64,000 nt of DNA. Origin: a virus. Position numbers and translations under genes: made by a program. The notes under the pieces were generated by a model. The model made no database searches. It was not told where the DNA came from and was given only the letters and a program-made list of their open reading frames with translations. Below are positions 9,039-21,000 of this stretch, piece after piece. How positions within the stretch are numbered: the first letter of the stretch is position 1; each line of letters begins with the position of its first letter. The DNA lies in the IMG/VR virus record IMGVR_UViG_3300045988_175028; one strand, given 5' to 3'.

Positions 9039-10091
9039 ATGACTATTAAAGAACTACAAGAAATTGCCCTTCATTGCGCTAAGGGTACTGTTCCTGCCAC
9101 CTATGCCAATCAGAATGTAGATATGGATTCTGCTTTCCTAGATGGTCTAAAGGAGCTAGCTGGTTCCGTAAACCAGTTCATGAAGAATCGTTATGATATT
9201 TATGATATCGTAATTAAGACTGCCGACGAGATTATGCCTAAGAAGGTAATTGATGCCATCGGTATGTTCGCTGAGGTTCAGTCTGTTCCTCAAGGTCAGA
9301 AGGCTATCTTTAAGCGTCGTCTAGGTAAGATGCGCGCCAAGAAGTTCCTAACTCAGGTTGGTCTATCTGGTGTATACGAGACCTTCCGTCTAGACAGTGA
9401 TACCTTTGAGCTAGCTGGCCATGCTGTCGGCGGAGGTGCCACCATCGATTTCGAGCGTATGCTAGATGGTGCTGAAACCATGGCTGAGGTTATGCAGGTT
9501 CTAACTGAGGGTCTAACCGATGCTGTATTCTATGAGGTTCATAAGGCTCTTCGCGCTGCCGTAAATGCTTCCGCTCGTCCTGATGCTAATAAGGTAATTT
9601 CTAATACCTTTGAGGCTGATAAGATGGTAAAGGTAATCAACACTGTCCGCGCTTATGGCAATGGTGTTGTAATTTTTGCTCCTCCTGAGTTTGTAGGCGC
9701 CATGGGCCCTGATGCCATTGTAAGTGGTATTGCTAATACTACTAATGGTATTTATCATCCCCAGGATATTGATGCTATTCATAATACTGGTTATATCAAT
9801 ATCTTCCGTGGAACTCCTGTTGTTCAGATTCCTCAGTCCTTTATCGATGAGTCCAACACCAAGACCTGGATTGATCCTCAGCTAGCTTATATTCTACCTA
9901 CTGGTGGAGAGAAGGTAGTAAAGGTTGTTCTAGAAGGCAACACTCAAATTAATGACTTCAAGAATCGTGATAATTCTCTAGAAGTTTATGCTTATAAAAA
10001 GATGGGCTGCGCTATTTTGGCTCATCATAATTGGGGTATTTATCAGAATACGGGGATTACCCAGACTTTTGAGAATCCTTACGGTTTCTAA
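9039..10091 (+). CDS. major capsid protein (candidate)
   Basis: 350 aa with an AAGGAGG RBS, in the expected position after the scaffold. Extreme codon bias and a strong terminator immediately downstream. Confidence 0.6.
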   Translation: MTIKELQEIALHCAKGTVPATYANQNVDMDSAFLDGLKELAGSVNQFMKNRYDIYDIVIKTADEIMPKKVIDAIGMFAEVQSVPQGQKAIFKRRLGKMRAKKFLTQVGLSGVYETFRLDSDTFELAGHAVGGGATIDFERMLDGAETMAEVMQVLTEGLTDAVFYEVHKALRAAVNASARPDANKVISNTFEADKMVKVINTVRAYGNGVVIFAPPEFVGAMGPDAIVSGIANTTNGIYHPQDIDAIHNTGYINIFRGTPVVQIPQSFIDESNTKTWIDPQLAYILPTGGEKVVKVVLEGNTQINDFKNRDNSLEVYAYKKMGCAILAHHNWGIYQNTGITQTFENPYGF

Positions 10092-10098
10092 TTCTCTT

Positions 10099-10130
10099 CG
10101 AGGGAGGGACAAAACTCCCTCCCTCGATTT
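10099..10130 (+). terminator. rho-independent terminator after the capsid gene
   Basis: 11-bp stem CGAGGGAGGGA (10099-10109) pairing with TCCCTCCCTCG (10116-10126), loop CAAAAC, followed by an AT-rich/T tract. Confidence 0.6.
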
Positions 10131-10166
10131 ATATAAAAATTTTAGGAGTAAAAAGGAGTATTAAAA

Positions 10167-10640
10167 ATGGAGAAGATTAGAGTAATTAGTAAGCATCAAG
10201 GTCCTATTAGTGTGAACATTCCCGACTTGCGCTTCAAGCGCGAGTGGCCTAATAAGGGTGCTAGTGTTCTTATTGAAAGAGAAACTCTGGAAGAAATGAT
10301 GTACGATAGTGGCTTCAAGTATATGATTGATACTGGGATGCTTTATATTGAAGACTTAGAGGTAAAAAAGGAACTAGGCCTTGAGCCTGAAGATGCTACC
10401 GAACCTGTTAATATTATTGTTTTGAGTGACAATGATATGAAGCGAATGATGACTGCCATGCCTCAATTTGAATTTGATGCTAAGCTAAAAACTTTGAACT
10501 ATGAGCAGATGTTGGCTTTGGCTGATTTTGCTATCAAGAACGAGCTAGGAGATTTCGGTAAGTGTGATGCTATAAAGAAGGCCTGTGGGAAAGATATTCT
10601 AACTGCTATTAGATTGAATAGAGAGGATAAGGAGGGCTAA
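10167..10640 (+). CDS. hypothetical structural protein (157 aa)
   Basis: ORF with an AAGGAG RBS in the head-completion region. No motif recognised. Confidence 0.5.
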   Translation: MEKIRVISKHQGPISVNIPDLRFKREWPNKGASVLIERETLEEMMYDSGFKYMIDTGMLYIEDLEVKKELGLEPEDATEPVNIIVLSDNDMKRMMTAMPQFEFDAKLKTLNYEQMLALADFAIKNELGDFGKCDAIKKACGKDILTAIRLNREDKEG

Positions 10641-10642
10641 TA

Positions 10643-11083
10643 ATGGGAACCCCCTTAGAGAAAGTCTATTCTGCCTTCCTGTCTAAAATGCTCGAAGATG
10701 AGTGGTTGAACTGGACACAAGAAGAAGTAGAAGAAGACTTACTAACTATTTTAGACGGCGCGCTACCTTGGTTTAAATTCCCGCGCAAGTCTCTTGAACA
10801 TGACGAACAATACTTTTTTGAAGAACTGGATAATGAAGAAATCCAAATTATTGCCTGCTATATGAAATGTGAGTGGTTGAATCGAACCATTCTAACTTGG
10901 GAAAATGTAAAGCCTTTATATGAGGAAAGGGATTTTTCTCAGGCTAATCTTATTGGTAAATTTACTGAACTTCTAAGAAAGGAAGAGGCAAAAGTCCATC
11001 GTCTAGAAGGAGTTTACTATCGCGCACCGAAGCGCAAGCCATTTTCATATAGACTACTTGCGGAGCAGTATCAGGATGTCTGA
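10643..11083 (+). CDS. hypothetical head-tail connector region protein (146 aa)
   Basis: Tightly packed ORF between capsid and tail genes. Assignment is by position only. Confidence 0.45.
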   Translation: MGTPLEKVYSAFLSKMLEDEWLNWTQEEVEEDLLTILDGALPWFKFPRKSLEHDEQYFFEELDNEEIQIIACYMKCEWLNRTILTWENVKPLYEERDFSQANLIGKFTELLRKEEAKVHRLEGVYYRAPKRKPFSYRLLAEQYQDV

Positions 11084-11342
11084 TTTTACTGAAGGATATA
11101 GTAATAAATTGAAAAATAAACTTTTTGGACTTTTGTGCGAGTTTGAAAAGAAAGGTGAGTGGGAGAAGTTTCTGGACAGTATTCTAACAGAATTATTAGG
11201 AATTCCAGAAGCTTCTCGAACTATCAATTACTATATTCTGTATTATAAGATTTCTTCATTACGTTATCTCCGATATGATTATTTTCGGAGTACAATTTTT
11301 AGTTGTATGACTTTATTGGGAAAATCAAATGAGTTATTTTGA
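11076..11342 (+). CDS. hypothetical protein (about 88 aa)
   Basis: I prefer the ATG at 11076 (MSDFTEGY...), which overlaps the upstream stop (ATGTCTGA), to the track start at 11058. Confidence 0.4.
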   Translation: MSDFTEGYSNKLKNKLFGLLCEFEKKGEWEKFLDSILTELLGIPEASRTINYYILYYKISSLRYLRYDYFRSTIFSCMTLLGKSNELF

Positions 11343-11383
11343 TATATATAAGGGATATATTTATTGCTTAAATAGGAGGGAAT

Positions 11384-12130
11384 ATGGAAAATAATTATTT
11401 TAATAAGATATATTCCCTCCGCTTGAACAGATACGGATTAGATTACCAATCTCGTATCCAAGGTAAGCGCGAGCAGAATTTTGACCTCTATCTTCAAAAA
11501 AGTATTTATCGAGTAGATTTTGAATATAATGATGAATATATAAGTGGAAGTTTCGAACGATATAAACAGGATGACAGTAAAACTCTTCATTATTTACTCG
11601 TAAAAATTGACGTCGAGTTCGCGCCTGGTACGATTTTGATGATACCGGATAAAAACGATGAACTCAAGCCTTGGATGGTTTATTATCTTGAGGAGATAAA
11701 AGCTAGTGGCTATAATCGCTATGTGATGCTTCGCATGACGCATTATCTGGTTTGGCATTCTCGTGATGGTTCTGAACAAGAAAGTTGGGCATATATGTAT
11801 GGCCAAGAAAATAATATGCTTAGAGATGAAATTAGATCTCGTAGCCGTATGGATACCATTTACGCTGAAAATCTCAAAGAAAGTTTCTTTGCTATGCCTT
11901 TAACACAGTATCTAAAGAAAGATGATTATTTTATTATAGGTGAAGAACCGTATCGAGAATTCTATCGAGTAACCGGTTATGATATTCAATCCTCACCTGG
12001 TGTAGAATATGTAACTGTTGATCCAGTTTATGAGTTTGATTTGACGCCTCTTCCTCAAAAGGAGGAAAACGATAACGAAGAGGATTACTTCTGGCTACAA
12101 GGAGGAAATGCCGATGGTAAGAAACCTTGA
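11384..12130 (+). CDS. hypothetical head-tail joining region protein (248 aa)
   Basis: ORF with an AGGAGGG RBS, in the positional context between capsid and tail genes. Confidence 0.45.
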   Translation: MENNYFNKIYSLRLNRYGLDYQSRIQGKREQNFDLYLQKSIYRVDFEYNDEYISGSFERYKQDDSKTLHYLLVKIDVEFAPGTILMIPDKNDELKPWMVYYLEEIKASGYNRYVMLRMTHYLVWHSRDGSEQESWAYMYGQENNMLRDEIRSRSRMDTIYAENLKESFFAMPLTQYLKKDDYFIIGEEPYREFYRVTGYDIQSSPGVEYVTVDPVYEFDLTPLPQKEENDNEEDYFWLQGGNADGKKP

Positions 12131-12602
12131 AGAGCTAGGGCCTTTTCTTCAGAAAATAATGGTTAGACTAACAACTAACCAAAATTTACTAAAGCTATTA
12201 TACTATAGTGATAAGGCTCCTTTGGAGAAAAAAGACCTTACACAAGACCAAATTACAAATGAAGTTTTTGATAAACTTATAAAAATAGTCCCAAGAATAG
12301 GACCGAAGGAAGACGCAAAAAGTCTTATTTCATTACGAGTCGTTGATGGCGCTCGTCTTTCTCCCAATATTGAATTTCAAAGATTAGTTTTAGCTATTGA
12401 AGTTTTTGTTCCTTTGACTCAATGGAAAATGAAAGGGACAAATCTTCGTCCATTTAGTATAATGGGTGAAATTCAAAAAAGTCTAAATGGGAAAGTCATT
12501 GATGGAATGGGTAAACTTCTCGGAGGAGATTTTGAGATAAATTTTCTGACTGATGAAATGTCCTGTTACGAAATGACTTTTGATTTGATCGCTTATGATT
12601 GA
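12108..12602 (+). CDS. hypothetical tail-completion region protein (164 aa)
   Basis: Overlaps neighbouring genes at both ends, consistent with translational coupling. Confidence 0.45.
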   Translation: MPMVRNLEELGPFLQKIMVRLTTNQNLLKLLYYSDKAPLEKKDLTQDQITNEVFDKLIKIVPRIGPKEDAKSLISLRVVDGARLSPNIEFQRLVLAIEVFVPLTQWKMKGTNLRPFSIMGEIQKSLNGKVIDGMGKLLGGDFEINFLTDEMSCYEMTFDLIAYD

Positions 12603-13338
12603 TTGCCATTTTGTGATAAATGAACCGGCGAATTTTCAAAAGATTTGTAAGGTTTATTCTCCTACTATTCGTCAGGTTATTACAGAAGAGAATTTTTTAG
12701 TTTATCGAAAACTTTTAACCCTATCCCAAGAAGAAATTGAAGATGAGTACATGGAGAAAGAAATGGAATTGTCAAATGTTCTAACTCCACTAGAGTATCT
12801 TTTGAATTCTTCTTTTAATAATAAACAAGTAGAAGCTCTTTCTATCAAAGCTTTTGAGTTTTTTATTCACGAACCAGTTTCTTTCATTTATGAAGAAAAA
12901 AAGATTTTAGTTGGAGATTTGAAAAAAATCTTAGAGGACGCGCAGTCATTAGATGATTTGCGTTTTTTGACCAGTGAAAATTTTTTTGACTTTCAAAATC
13001 TTATCAGAAACAGTGTGGGAGAAGACAGTATTGATCCTCCTAATCCTAATGAGCATCCAAAGATAAAAAAGATGAAAGCGAAGGCCAGGTATCGTGATAA
13101 AATAAAAGCGAAAAAAGAAGGGCTAACACTTGATACTTTACTCATTTCAATTTGTTGTATGGGTATTGGAATTACTCCACTTACAGTTGGAGAGTTGAGT
13201 TATGCTACTTTTTCCAAGTTGATAGGCATATATCAAGAAAAGGAAAAATATGAAGTTGATATAAGAAGCTTATTAGCTGGAGCAAGTAGTAAAGATGTAA
13301 AACCAAAATATTGGATACATAATTCTGATAAAAAATAG
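12595..13338 (+). CDS. hypothetical protein (247 aa); the only gene in the window ending in TAG
   Basis: ORF ends AAA AAA TAG (13336-13338). The TAG is embedded in the RBS (TAGGAGG) of the next gene. Confidence 0.45.
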   Translation: MIDCHFVINEPANFQKICKVYSPTIRQVITEENFLVYRKLLTLSQEEIEDEYMEKEMELSNVLTPLEYLLNSSFNNKQVEALSIKAFEFFIHEPVSFIYEEKKILVGDLKKILEDAQSLDDLRFLTSENFFDFQNLIRNSVGEDSIDPPNPNEHPKIKKMKAKARYRDKIKAKKEGLTLDTLLISICCMGIGITPLTVGELSYATFSKLIGIYQEKEKYEVDIRSLLAGASSKDVKPKYWIHNSDKK

Positions 13339-13351
13339 GAGGAAATAAAGT

Positions 13352-14137
13352 ATGGCTTCTATCCTAGATAGATATGGTATCAAGGAAGTTTGCGATTTTA
13401 CTTTTTATAAGATTGTGAAAAACGACGATGGAAGTGTTGGCCATGGTGCCCCCGTTCTATATCTTGATACGCTAAAAGTTTCTACCACTGAGCAGACTGC
13501 TGAAAATACTTCTGCTCGTGGTGGTAAGGGTAACCCAGAACTTATTACTTGGGACTATGGTAAGGAAATCAATGTAACTCTAGAAGACGCTTTGTTCTCT
13601 GCCAAGTCTATGGCTATCATGTTTGGTTCTGTTGATACTAATGGTGACCCCGTAATTAATCAAACGGCTGAAATTATTAAGACTGTTCCCAAGGCCCAGG
13701 TAAAAAAGCTAACTTATGCAGCGGCTGATGCTAGTACGGCAGAGATTGAAATTCGTGGTACTAAAGTTACTCTTTCTGCGGTTAAGCTTTATGATGAAAA
13801 AGGTGTTCCAGTAAATGTTTCACAAGAAGAAGGGGCTCAGGCCGCTTATGCCTATTTAACGGGTACAGTTAATGGAAAGAACATTTCTGAAATTGTAATA
13901 TCTGCTGAAACCTTCCCTGGTACTTATTATTGTACTGGTGATACTTATGCTCGTAGTGAGGATACTGGTGAGGATGAATTCTTCCAGCTAGTAATCCCCA
14001 AGGCAAAGGTAACTTCTGAGAATACTCTAACCATGGAAGCTGAGGGCGATCCCTCTACTTTCAGCATGAATCTAAAAGTTTTACGTCCTGCTGATGGCAA
14101 GATGATGAAACTTATTAAGTATTCTTTAACTGAATAA
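13352..14137 (+). CDS. major tail (tube) protein candidate
   Basis: 261 aa upstream of the tape measure. Shows high-expression codon bias and has its own terminator. Confidence 0.5.
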   Translation: MASILDRYGIKEVCDFTFYKIVKNDDGSVGHGAPVLYLDTLKVSTTEQTAENTSARGGKGNPELITWDYGKEINVTLEDALFSAKSMAIMFGSVDTNGDPVINQTAEIIKTVPKAQVKKLTYAAADASTAEIEIRGTKVTLSAVKLYDEKGVPVNVSQEEGAQAAYAYLTGTVNGKNISEIVISAETFPGTYYCTGDTYARSEDTGEDEFFQLVIPKAKVTSENTLTMEAEGDPSTFSMNLKVLRPADGKMMKLIKYSLTE

Positions 14138-14149
14138 TTGAATAAAATC

Positions 14150-14186
14150 GAAACGGAGGAGGGAGGACCTTCTCCGTTTCTTTTTT
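14150..14186 (+). terminator. rho-independent terminator after the tail-tube candidate
   Basis: Stem GAAACGGAGG (14150-14159) pairing with TCTCCGTTTC (14171-14180), then TTTTTT (14181-14186). Confidence 0.7.
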
Positions 14187-14196
14187 AGGAGGAAAT

Positions 14197-14976
14197 ATGA
14201 ACGAGTTTTCTTTCAAAGAATTGGAACAGTGTTATCTAAAAGCTACTTATCCAATAGAGATTGGGAATAGAACCATTGAAATAAAAGAAATCCTCGCAAA
14301 ATTCGATAAAATTCAAATCGCTGGCCTTGATGAAATAAAACGATGGGTAAGCGCTAATGGTGGGTTTGACAATCGACCTCATATTTTTTGGGAAACTACG
14401 AAAGAAATTGACCTAAGTTTTTCTCAAGGTGTGTTCTCAAAAGACCAGTTCGCACTTATGACGAATTCTAAACTTTTTGAAATTGAGGAAGACAGGCCAG
14501 TTTTGGTAACTAAAATGGAAACTTTGGAAAGTGATGGAGGAAATAAAATTCACCTGAAAGAAATTCCGGTAGATTTATTTATCTATGAAAAAGAAACTGG
14601 AAAGAAAATTTTACCTTTATCCAAAGAAGGAAAAGTTATAGAAATTAGCGAGCCCTATAAAGAAGTTATGGTATCTTATACTTATAACTACCTAGGAGGT
14701 GCGAAGGTTGTAAAAGTTGGTAATAGACTTTTCAATGGTTTTGTTGAATTAGAAGGAAGAACAAGAGTAAAGGATGATACTACTGGTCAGGTAGTTACGG
14801 GGCTTATAAAAATCCCAAAGCTAAAATTGATGACTGGCCTATCTATAAGGCTGGGCGCGCAAGCTACACCTGTCGTAGCCAATTTCAAAGGAGTTGGCGT
14901 TCCAGTGGGGTCAAGAGGAAATTCATATGTTAGTGAGTTTTACTTTTTGAACAATGATATAGATAGTGATTTCTAA
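14197..14976 (+). CDS. paralog of the tail-tube candidate (second tube-like or tail-terminator-like protein)
   Basis: 259 aa. Shares SAxGGxxN...W...KEI...FS...M and TG...L.IPKxK blocks with the 13352-14137 product. Confidence 0.45.
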   Translation: MNEFSFKELEQCYLKATYPIEIGNRTIEIKEILAKFDKIQIAGLDEIKRWVSANGGFDNRPHIFWETTKEIDLSFSQGVFSKDQFALMTNSKLFEIEEDRPVLVTKMETLESDGGNKIHLKEIPVDLFIYEKETGKKILPLSKEGKVIEISEPYKEVMVSYTYNYLGGAKVVKVGNRLFNGFVELEGRTRVKDDTTGQVVTGLIKIPKLKLMTGLSIRLGAQATPVVANFKGVGVPVGSRGNSYVSEFYFLNNDIDSDF

Positions 14977-14982
14977 CTGTAG

Positions 14983-15018
14983 TCAGCATTAGTTTTTAGC
15001 TAATGCTGATTATTTTTT
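14983..15018 (+). terminator. rho-independent terminator
   Basis: Perfect 10-bp stem TCAGCATTAG (14983-14992) pairing with CTAATGCTGA (15000-15009), followed by a T-rich run TTATTTTTT. Confidence 0.7.
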
Positions 15019-15031
15019 AGGAGGAAAAGGA

Positions 15032-18000
15032 ATGGCAGATAAGAAAATCAATATCTCTCTTGGTATATCAGCTGATTTAAATGATTTTCAAAAGAAAATT
15101 GAAAAATTACAAAGCGAATTTGATAAAGTAAAATTTTCTGATTTATCAAGTGAGAAGATTAGTAAAGTTTTTGATAATATTCAAAGTAGATTAAAAAAAT
15201 TACAAGAACTAACTGATAAATCTCCTTCTCTATTAGGAAAAACTGATTATAAGCAAGCGGAGAAAGAAGTAGGTAATCTCCAAACAGATATCTCTAAACT
15301 TGTTAAAGAGATTCAACAATTAGATACAGCCTCTAAAGAAGGGAAGTTAAAAATTCTTCCAAAGGGAGAACAAGAAAGACTTGAAAAATTAAATGAAGCT
15401 ACAAAAAAATATTTAAAAACCTTATCTCAAGAATCAAAACGTCTTGAAGATTTAGAAAAGAAACAAAACAAACTAAAACAAACCCAATTAGCCTTAGCAC
15501 AGTTAGAACAAACTAAAAAAAGTGCTAAATCCAAAAGACAAGTAGCAGACAGTTATTTAAAAGGATTAAATACTCGATTAGCAAAACAGCAAGAAACGTT
15601 AGCTGAACAAAAGCAAACAGAAGAAGCAGTTCAATCTATTTATAAAGCGCAAGGTTTAAAAGGAAAAAAGATTGGAGACACAGAAGTTAATATAAATGGT
15701 ACTGTAACTTCTTTGAATCAAATTAGAAAAGAAGCTGGAGAAACTGCTACCGAAATTGCTACGTTGGAGCAAAAAATTCAGCAATATGTTTCTAAATCAG
15801 ATTTAAATCAATTAAATCAAGATATCCAAACTCAGAGAGATTTAATTGTTAAACTAGAAGAAGAAATAGGTAAATTACAAACAGATAATCCTACCATAGC
15901 CTTAAAAAAACTAAAGACGGCTTTGCAGCAAGCCGGAGTCTCAATGGAAGACATTGGAGATTTAACCAAAAAGGAAGATATAGAAGCTTGGTTAAGTAAT
16001 CTTAATACTTCTGCTCTAGAGAAATTTCGAAGCGGCCTTCAAGGGGTAGAAAAAGCTACTGGAGAAGTCCAACCAGAATTAGAAAAAATGGGCCAATCCG
16101 TTCGTGACAGTGCTGATGATTTTGATGCAGCAGAACGAGCAGCACAAGACTTATCAACATTAAAATATCAATTGATGGATTTCTTTTCTGTTACTGGTGC
16201 TATTCAATTATTTAGAAGAGCTATTCAAAGCGCTTTTGAAACAGTAAAAGAACTTGACGCTGCAATGACTGAAATTGCAGTAGTTTCTGATTTTTCAGTA
16301 AATGATATGTGGGCACAATTACCTCGTTTTACTGAACAAGCCAATGAGCTCGGCATGGCTATCAAAGACACTTATGCAGCAACTACTCTTTATGTTCAGC
16401 AAGGATTAGACTTAGATAAGTCTATAAAATTAGCAACTGAAACTCTTAAAATGGCAGCAGTGGCTGGCATGGATGCCGCGAACGCGACAGATGCTATGAC
16501 AGCTGCATTGCGTGGTTTCAATATGGAATTGGATGAGACTTCTGCTCAAAGAGTCAATGATGTTTATTCTGAATTAGCAGCCATTACAGCCTCTGATACT
16601 CAAGAAATTTCTACCGCTATGACTAAAACCGCTTCAATTGCTCATAGTGTCAATATGGAATTTGAAACAACGGCTGCTTTTTTGGCCCAAGGTATTGAAA
16701 CGACGCGTGAAGCAGCAGAAACTATCGGTACGATGCTTAAAACGGTTATTGGCCGTTTTTCAGAAGTTAAATCTCTTTATACCGAAGGTCAGTTAACTGG
16801 CCAAGATGAAGAAGGAGAAACTATTGATGTAAATAAGGTTCAAACTGCTCTTCGTGCGGCTGGAATTTCTATGAATGAATTTTTGGCTGGTAATGAAGGT
16901 TTAGACCAAGTATTTTTACGTTTATCTAAACGTTGGAATGATTTAGATATTCTTACTCAACGTTATATTGCAACTCAGGCCGCCGGCTCTCGTCAACAGT
17001 CTCGTTTTATTGCTATTATGCAAGACTATGCGAAGACCACTGAATTAGTCAATGCAGCTTACAATAGTACTGGTTCTGGGCAGAAACAATTTGAAAAGAC
17101 TCTTGATTCCCTTGCATCGAAACTTACTAAACTGAAAAATGCTTGGGATCAATTTACTATGGGGCTTGCTAATAATGAGATTATAGGAGCAGCAGTCACG
17201 TTATTGACAGGTCTTCTCACGGCTATTAATGGAATTATTGACGGAATTTCTGGCGGCAATGGCCTAATTAAAAGTGTTGTTACTCTTGGAGCTGCTTTCG
17301 CTGGTTTAAAAGCTGGTGGAGCAATAATAGATAAAATTTTAAGAACCGGTTTTATTCAACGAAAAATAGATGCTTTTAATGGAAATATTAGTAATTCTTC
17401 AACTTCAACCACAACTGCTAATAGTATAGTTCAAACCAGAAGCTTCATTCAAAATGGCAAAACCAGTGCTAAGAATTGGATACAAGGGTGGAAAAGCGCT
17501 GGTGGAGTTGGAGGGAAGAAAGACTTTTTAGTTAGTTCTTTTAGTAATTCATTAAATAAAGTTGGGCAGTCCTTTTCTGTTTTTTCTTCTGGTATGGAAG
17601 AAAATTTACAAAATCAAGTTTATTCTGGTTTAGGAGATATAAGTAAAGGAATTGACAAAAAACTTTTAGGAAAAGATTTTTCAGAATTAAACTCTCTAAG
17701 TGCTCAGCTTAAATTAGGGAAGATTTCTGCCGAAGATTTTCAGAATCAATTAGTAACTTGGGGAGTAAAAGAACAAGAGGCCGCAAAAATTACTAAGGAT
17801 TATACTAATCAAATTGCCCTTCAACAAGAAAAAATGCAATCGTTGTCTCAGACGGGAACGGCATTAGGTATGTCACTTACTATTCTTGGTGGAGTTATTT
17901 CTTCAGTAATACCAGGAGCTGAAGAGTTTGGAAAAGTTTTACAAACAGTGGGAGCAGCTTTAATGGGAATTTCTATGGCATTGCCAGCGGTAGAAAAAGG

Positions 18001-21000
18001 AATAACTTGGCTCTCTGGAGTTTTGAATGTCGCTCCAAAGACTTTAAATATTTATGTAGCCGCTTTTGCTGTAATAGTAGCAGCAGTGGTTGCTATAGTT
18101 AGTTTAATAAAGAAAAATTCTCCTGAAGCTCAACTTGAAAAAGCCTCTAAGGCAACTGAAAAAGCAAAAGAAATGGCAGAAGGGGCTGCTCAGGCTTATG
18201 ATGAGCTATTGAGTAAAAAGTCTGAGTTCGATAAACTTACTACTTCTCTTGAGACCCTAACCCAAGGAACTCTTGAATGGAGAAAAGCTCTAGCAGAAGC
18301 TAATAATGAAGTTATCAATCTTCAAAAGGAATTTCCTGAATTAAAAGTATCAGTAGATAAAGCAACTGGTCAATTGAAAATTGATAACTGGGGAGACGTT
18401 TTAAAGGCTCAGACAAAAAGAATTGAAGCAACTAATAAACAATTGGCCATGGCGCAGGTCAATGAAAATAATAAACAATTAGAAACAACTAAGAAAGGCA
18501 TCAGAAGTGATAAGGAACTAACTTCTGAGGAAAAAGCAAAGAAAGAAGAAGCAGAAAAACTAAAGACAGAAAGCCTTAATGTCGCTTTGATTAGTAGTCT
18601 AATTAGTAAATATCAAACTGAGGCTAATAAAGGTATTTTACAAAATCTGGCAGAAACAATTCTTAAAGATATGACTTATGAAGTTGAAGTCCAGGATACG
18701 AAAGGTAGTGGAGGCAATACAACCCCAGTAAACACTACGCATAAAGAAACAAGAACTTCAAATGTCTATGAGAGTAAAGTCAATACCGACGCTAATAAAG
18801 CAGTTAATTCTCTTTCGGCGTCTCAAAGAAAAACGAAAGCAGAAGAAGTTTTTGGAAAAGATGCCGTAGCAAACATGAAGGACGAGGAAATCAAAGATGC
18901 TTTAAGAGACTATGAAAAAGGTGTAGCAATAGAGAACATAACTAAAAAAGTAGCCAATCTTACTCCTGACCAGCAAGAACTTCTGAATAGAATTCAAGGA
19001 ACTTATACTGGCACTAAGAGTGGTTGGGATACTGCTCAACAAAAAACTTTTAGTGATGAAGATGCTAAAGTTATACAAGATATTTTAGGATTAGATAATA
19101 CTCAAGCTGTTTTGGATATGGCTAAAAGTGGAACTGACGCTATTTCTGCGAATATTAAGAGTGTTGAAACTCAATTTGAAAGATTTGGTGAAGAATATAG
19201 TGGTTCTTTCTTAGACCAGTTTTCAGCAAACAATCTTTCGAATATTGCTTCTCAAGTTGATGAAATGTCAACAAAGAATGCAAGAGCCTATCTTAATGCT
19301 TATAGTGAGGCTTTAGATGGCGTAAAAGAAAAGGATAGAGCGCGCTTGGATAATTATCTTTCCTCAATTGACCTTTCAGATGCTATTCAAGTTCTTGACG
19401 CGAAAGACTTCATGAAAAATCTTGGAATGGATGAAGCTCAAATTGAGAAATTTTGGGCCACTGCTAATAGCGCTGTTAAACCCTATATTACGAGTTTAGA
19501 GCAGATTCAATCTTTAAATGAGAGAATTTCCAAGCTTGGTGAAGTTCGGAGTTTGGTTGAAAATGGAGAAAAGACTTTTAGCTCTAGCAATAAGGAAAGT
19601 CTAGTAAGTGCTGGCTTTGCAGATACTGATTTCTTACAGACTGGAATTGATGAATGGACTTATATTGGAAAAGATAATAATGACTTGTTAAGACAGATAA
19701 ATGAGAAAGTTGCACAGATTGGAGGGCACATTGTTGAAAATCTACAAAATAGTGTCAAGAAAGGAGAAGAATATAAAAAGAAAATTGATGCTGATGAAGA
19801 TGGTTCAACGGCTGAGGATTTGAAGCTTTTGGCCGAGAACGGCTATAGCGGAACTAATTATGATAGAAAAAAACTTGAAGAATTAGCGACGACTTTGAAT
19901 ATTGCAACCGAAGGACTTTCTGAGGAAGGTATAGCTAATAAATTGATTGATGCCTATAATATGGTTGTTAATTTAGCAGATAATAAAGACGCTGTAAAAA
20001 AAGAACTTGTTAATAACGCCTCAAGACAATATGACCTAACTGGTGATTTTGGAACTTATACTGGGAATTTAACCCTAGAAGAACAAAGGGATATAATGGG
20101 AGCTCAGTTAGTTAAGAATACTGGAGCAATGGAACTTTATAATAAGCTAAAAGCTGAAACCAATGATACTTCTAAAGAATTAAATGTAGAATTGGCAGAT
20201 GAGGCCATCCAACTAGTAAAATTGACTGACCGTTACAAAGTAGCCACAAAAAAAATTGAGGATTATCGAGATGTTTTAATTCAGGGTGAAAGTGCAGGAA
20301 CTGATTTCTTCGCCGCTTTAGATAGTGCTAAGAGTGACCTTTCTACTCTTTTTAACGTTGATAAAGAACTAATTACAGAAAATTTTATTCAACAGTATGC
20401 TCAAGATATTTATGATTTGGCGGAAGGCGGGGAAGTTGGCACACAAGCTTTTCAGAATCTTTGGGAAGCTATAAAGCAAATAAAACTTGATTCAATGGTA
20501 GAAGGACTTGATTTCTTTATTGAAGATTCTGAAGATATCATTGATGATTTTAGTAACTGGGTAGAGGGACTAGATCCAACCATTGGGATAGGAACGGAAT
20601 TGTCTACAGAAGGGTTGGAGTCGGGATTAATTCTTCTTGCCCAACAAGCTTATAATGCAGGAAAAGATGTTCAAACTGCTTTAGCTCCTGCCATAGCGAG
20701 GCTTGAAGAGCTAACTGGAACAAAAATAAAAATCCAGTATGAAGAAGAGGAGTTTGATTCTGGAGGAAGATATATTTCTGCCAAATCTATGGAAGGTCTT
20801 TTGGCACAAGGCTGGCACGTTGGAAAAGGTGGAAAATTAGTTAGAACCAAAGCTATTGCTGCTGTTTCCGCCTCTAAAGCGAGGTCTTCTTATGATGAAT
20901 TTGTAGCTCCTTCAGGAAGTAGTTCTGGTAAAAGTTCTACTGGTGGTTCATCCTCTGAAAAGAAAGAATCCACATGGGAAAACCCCTATGATAAGCTCTA

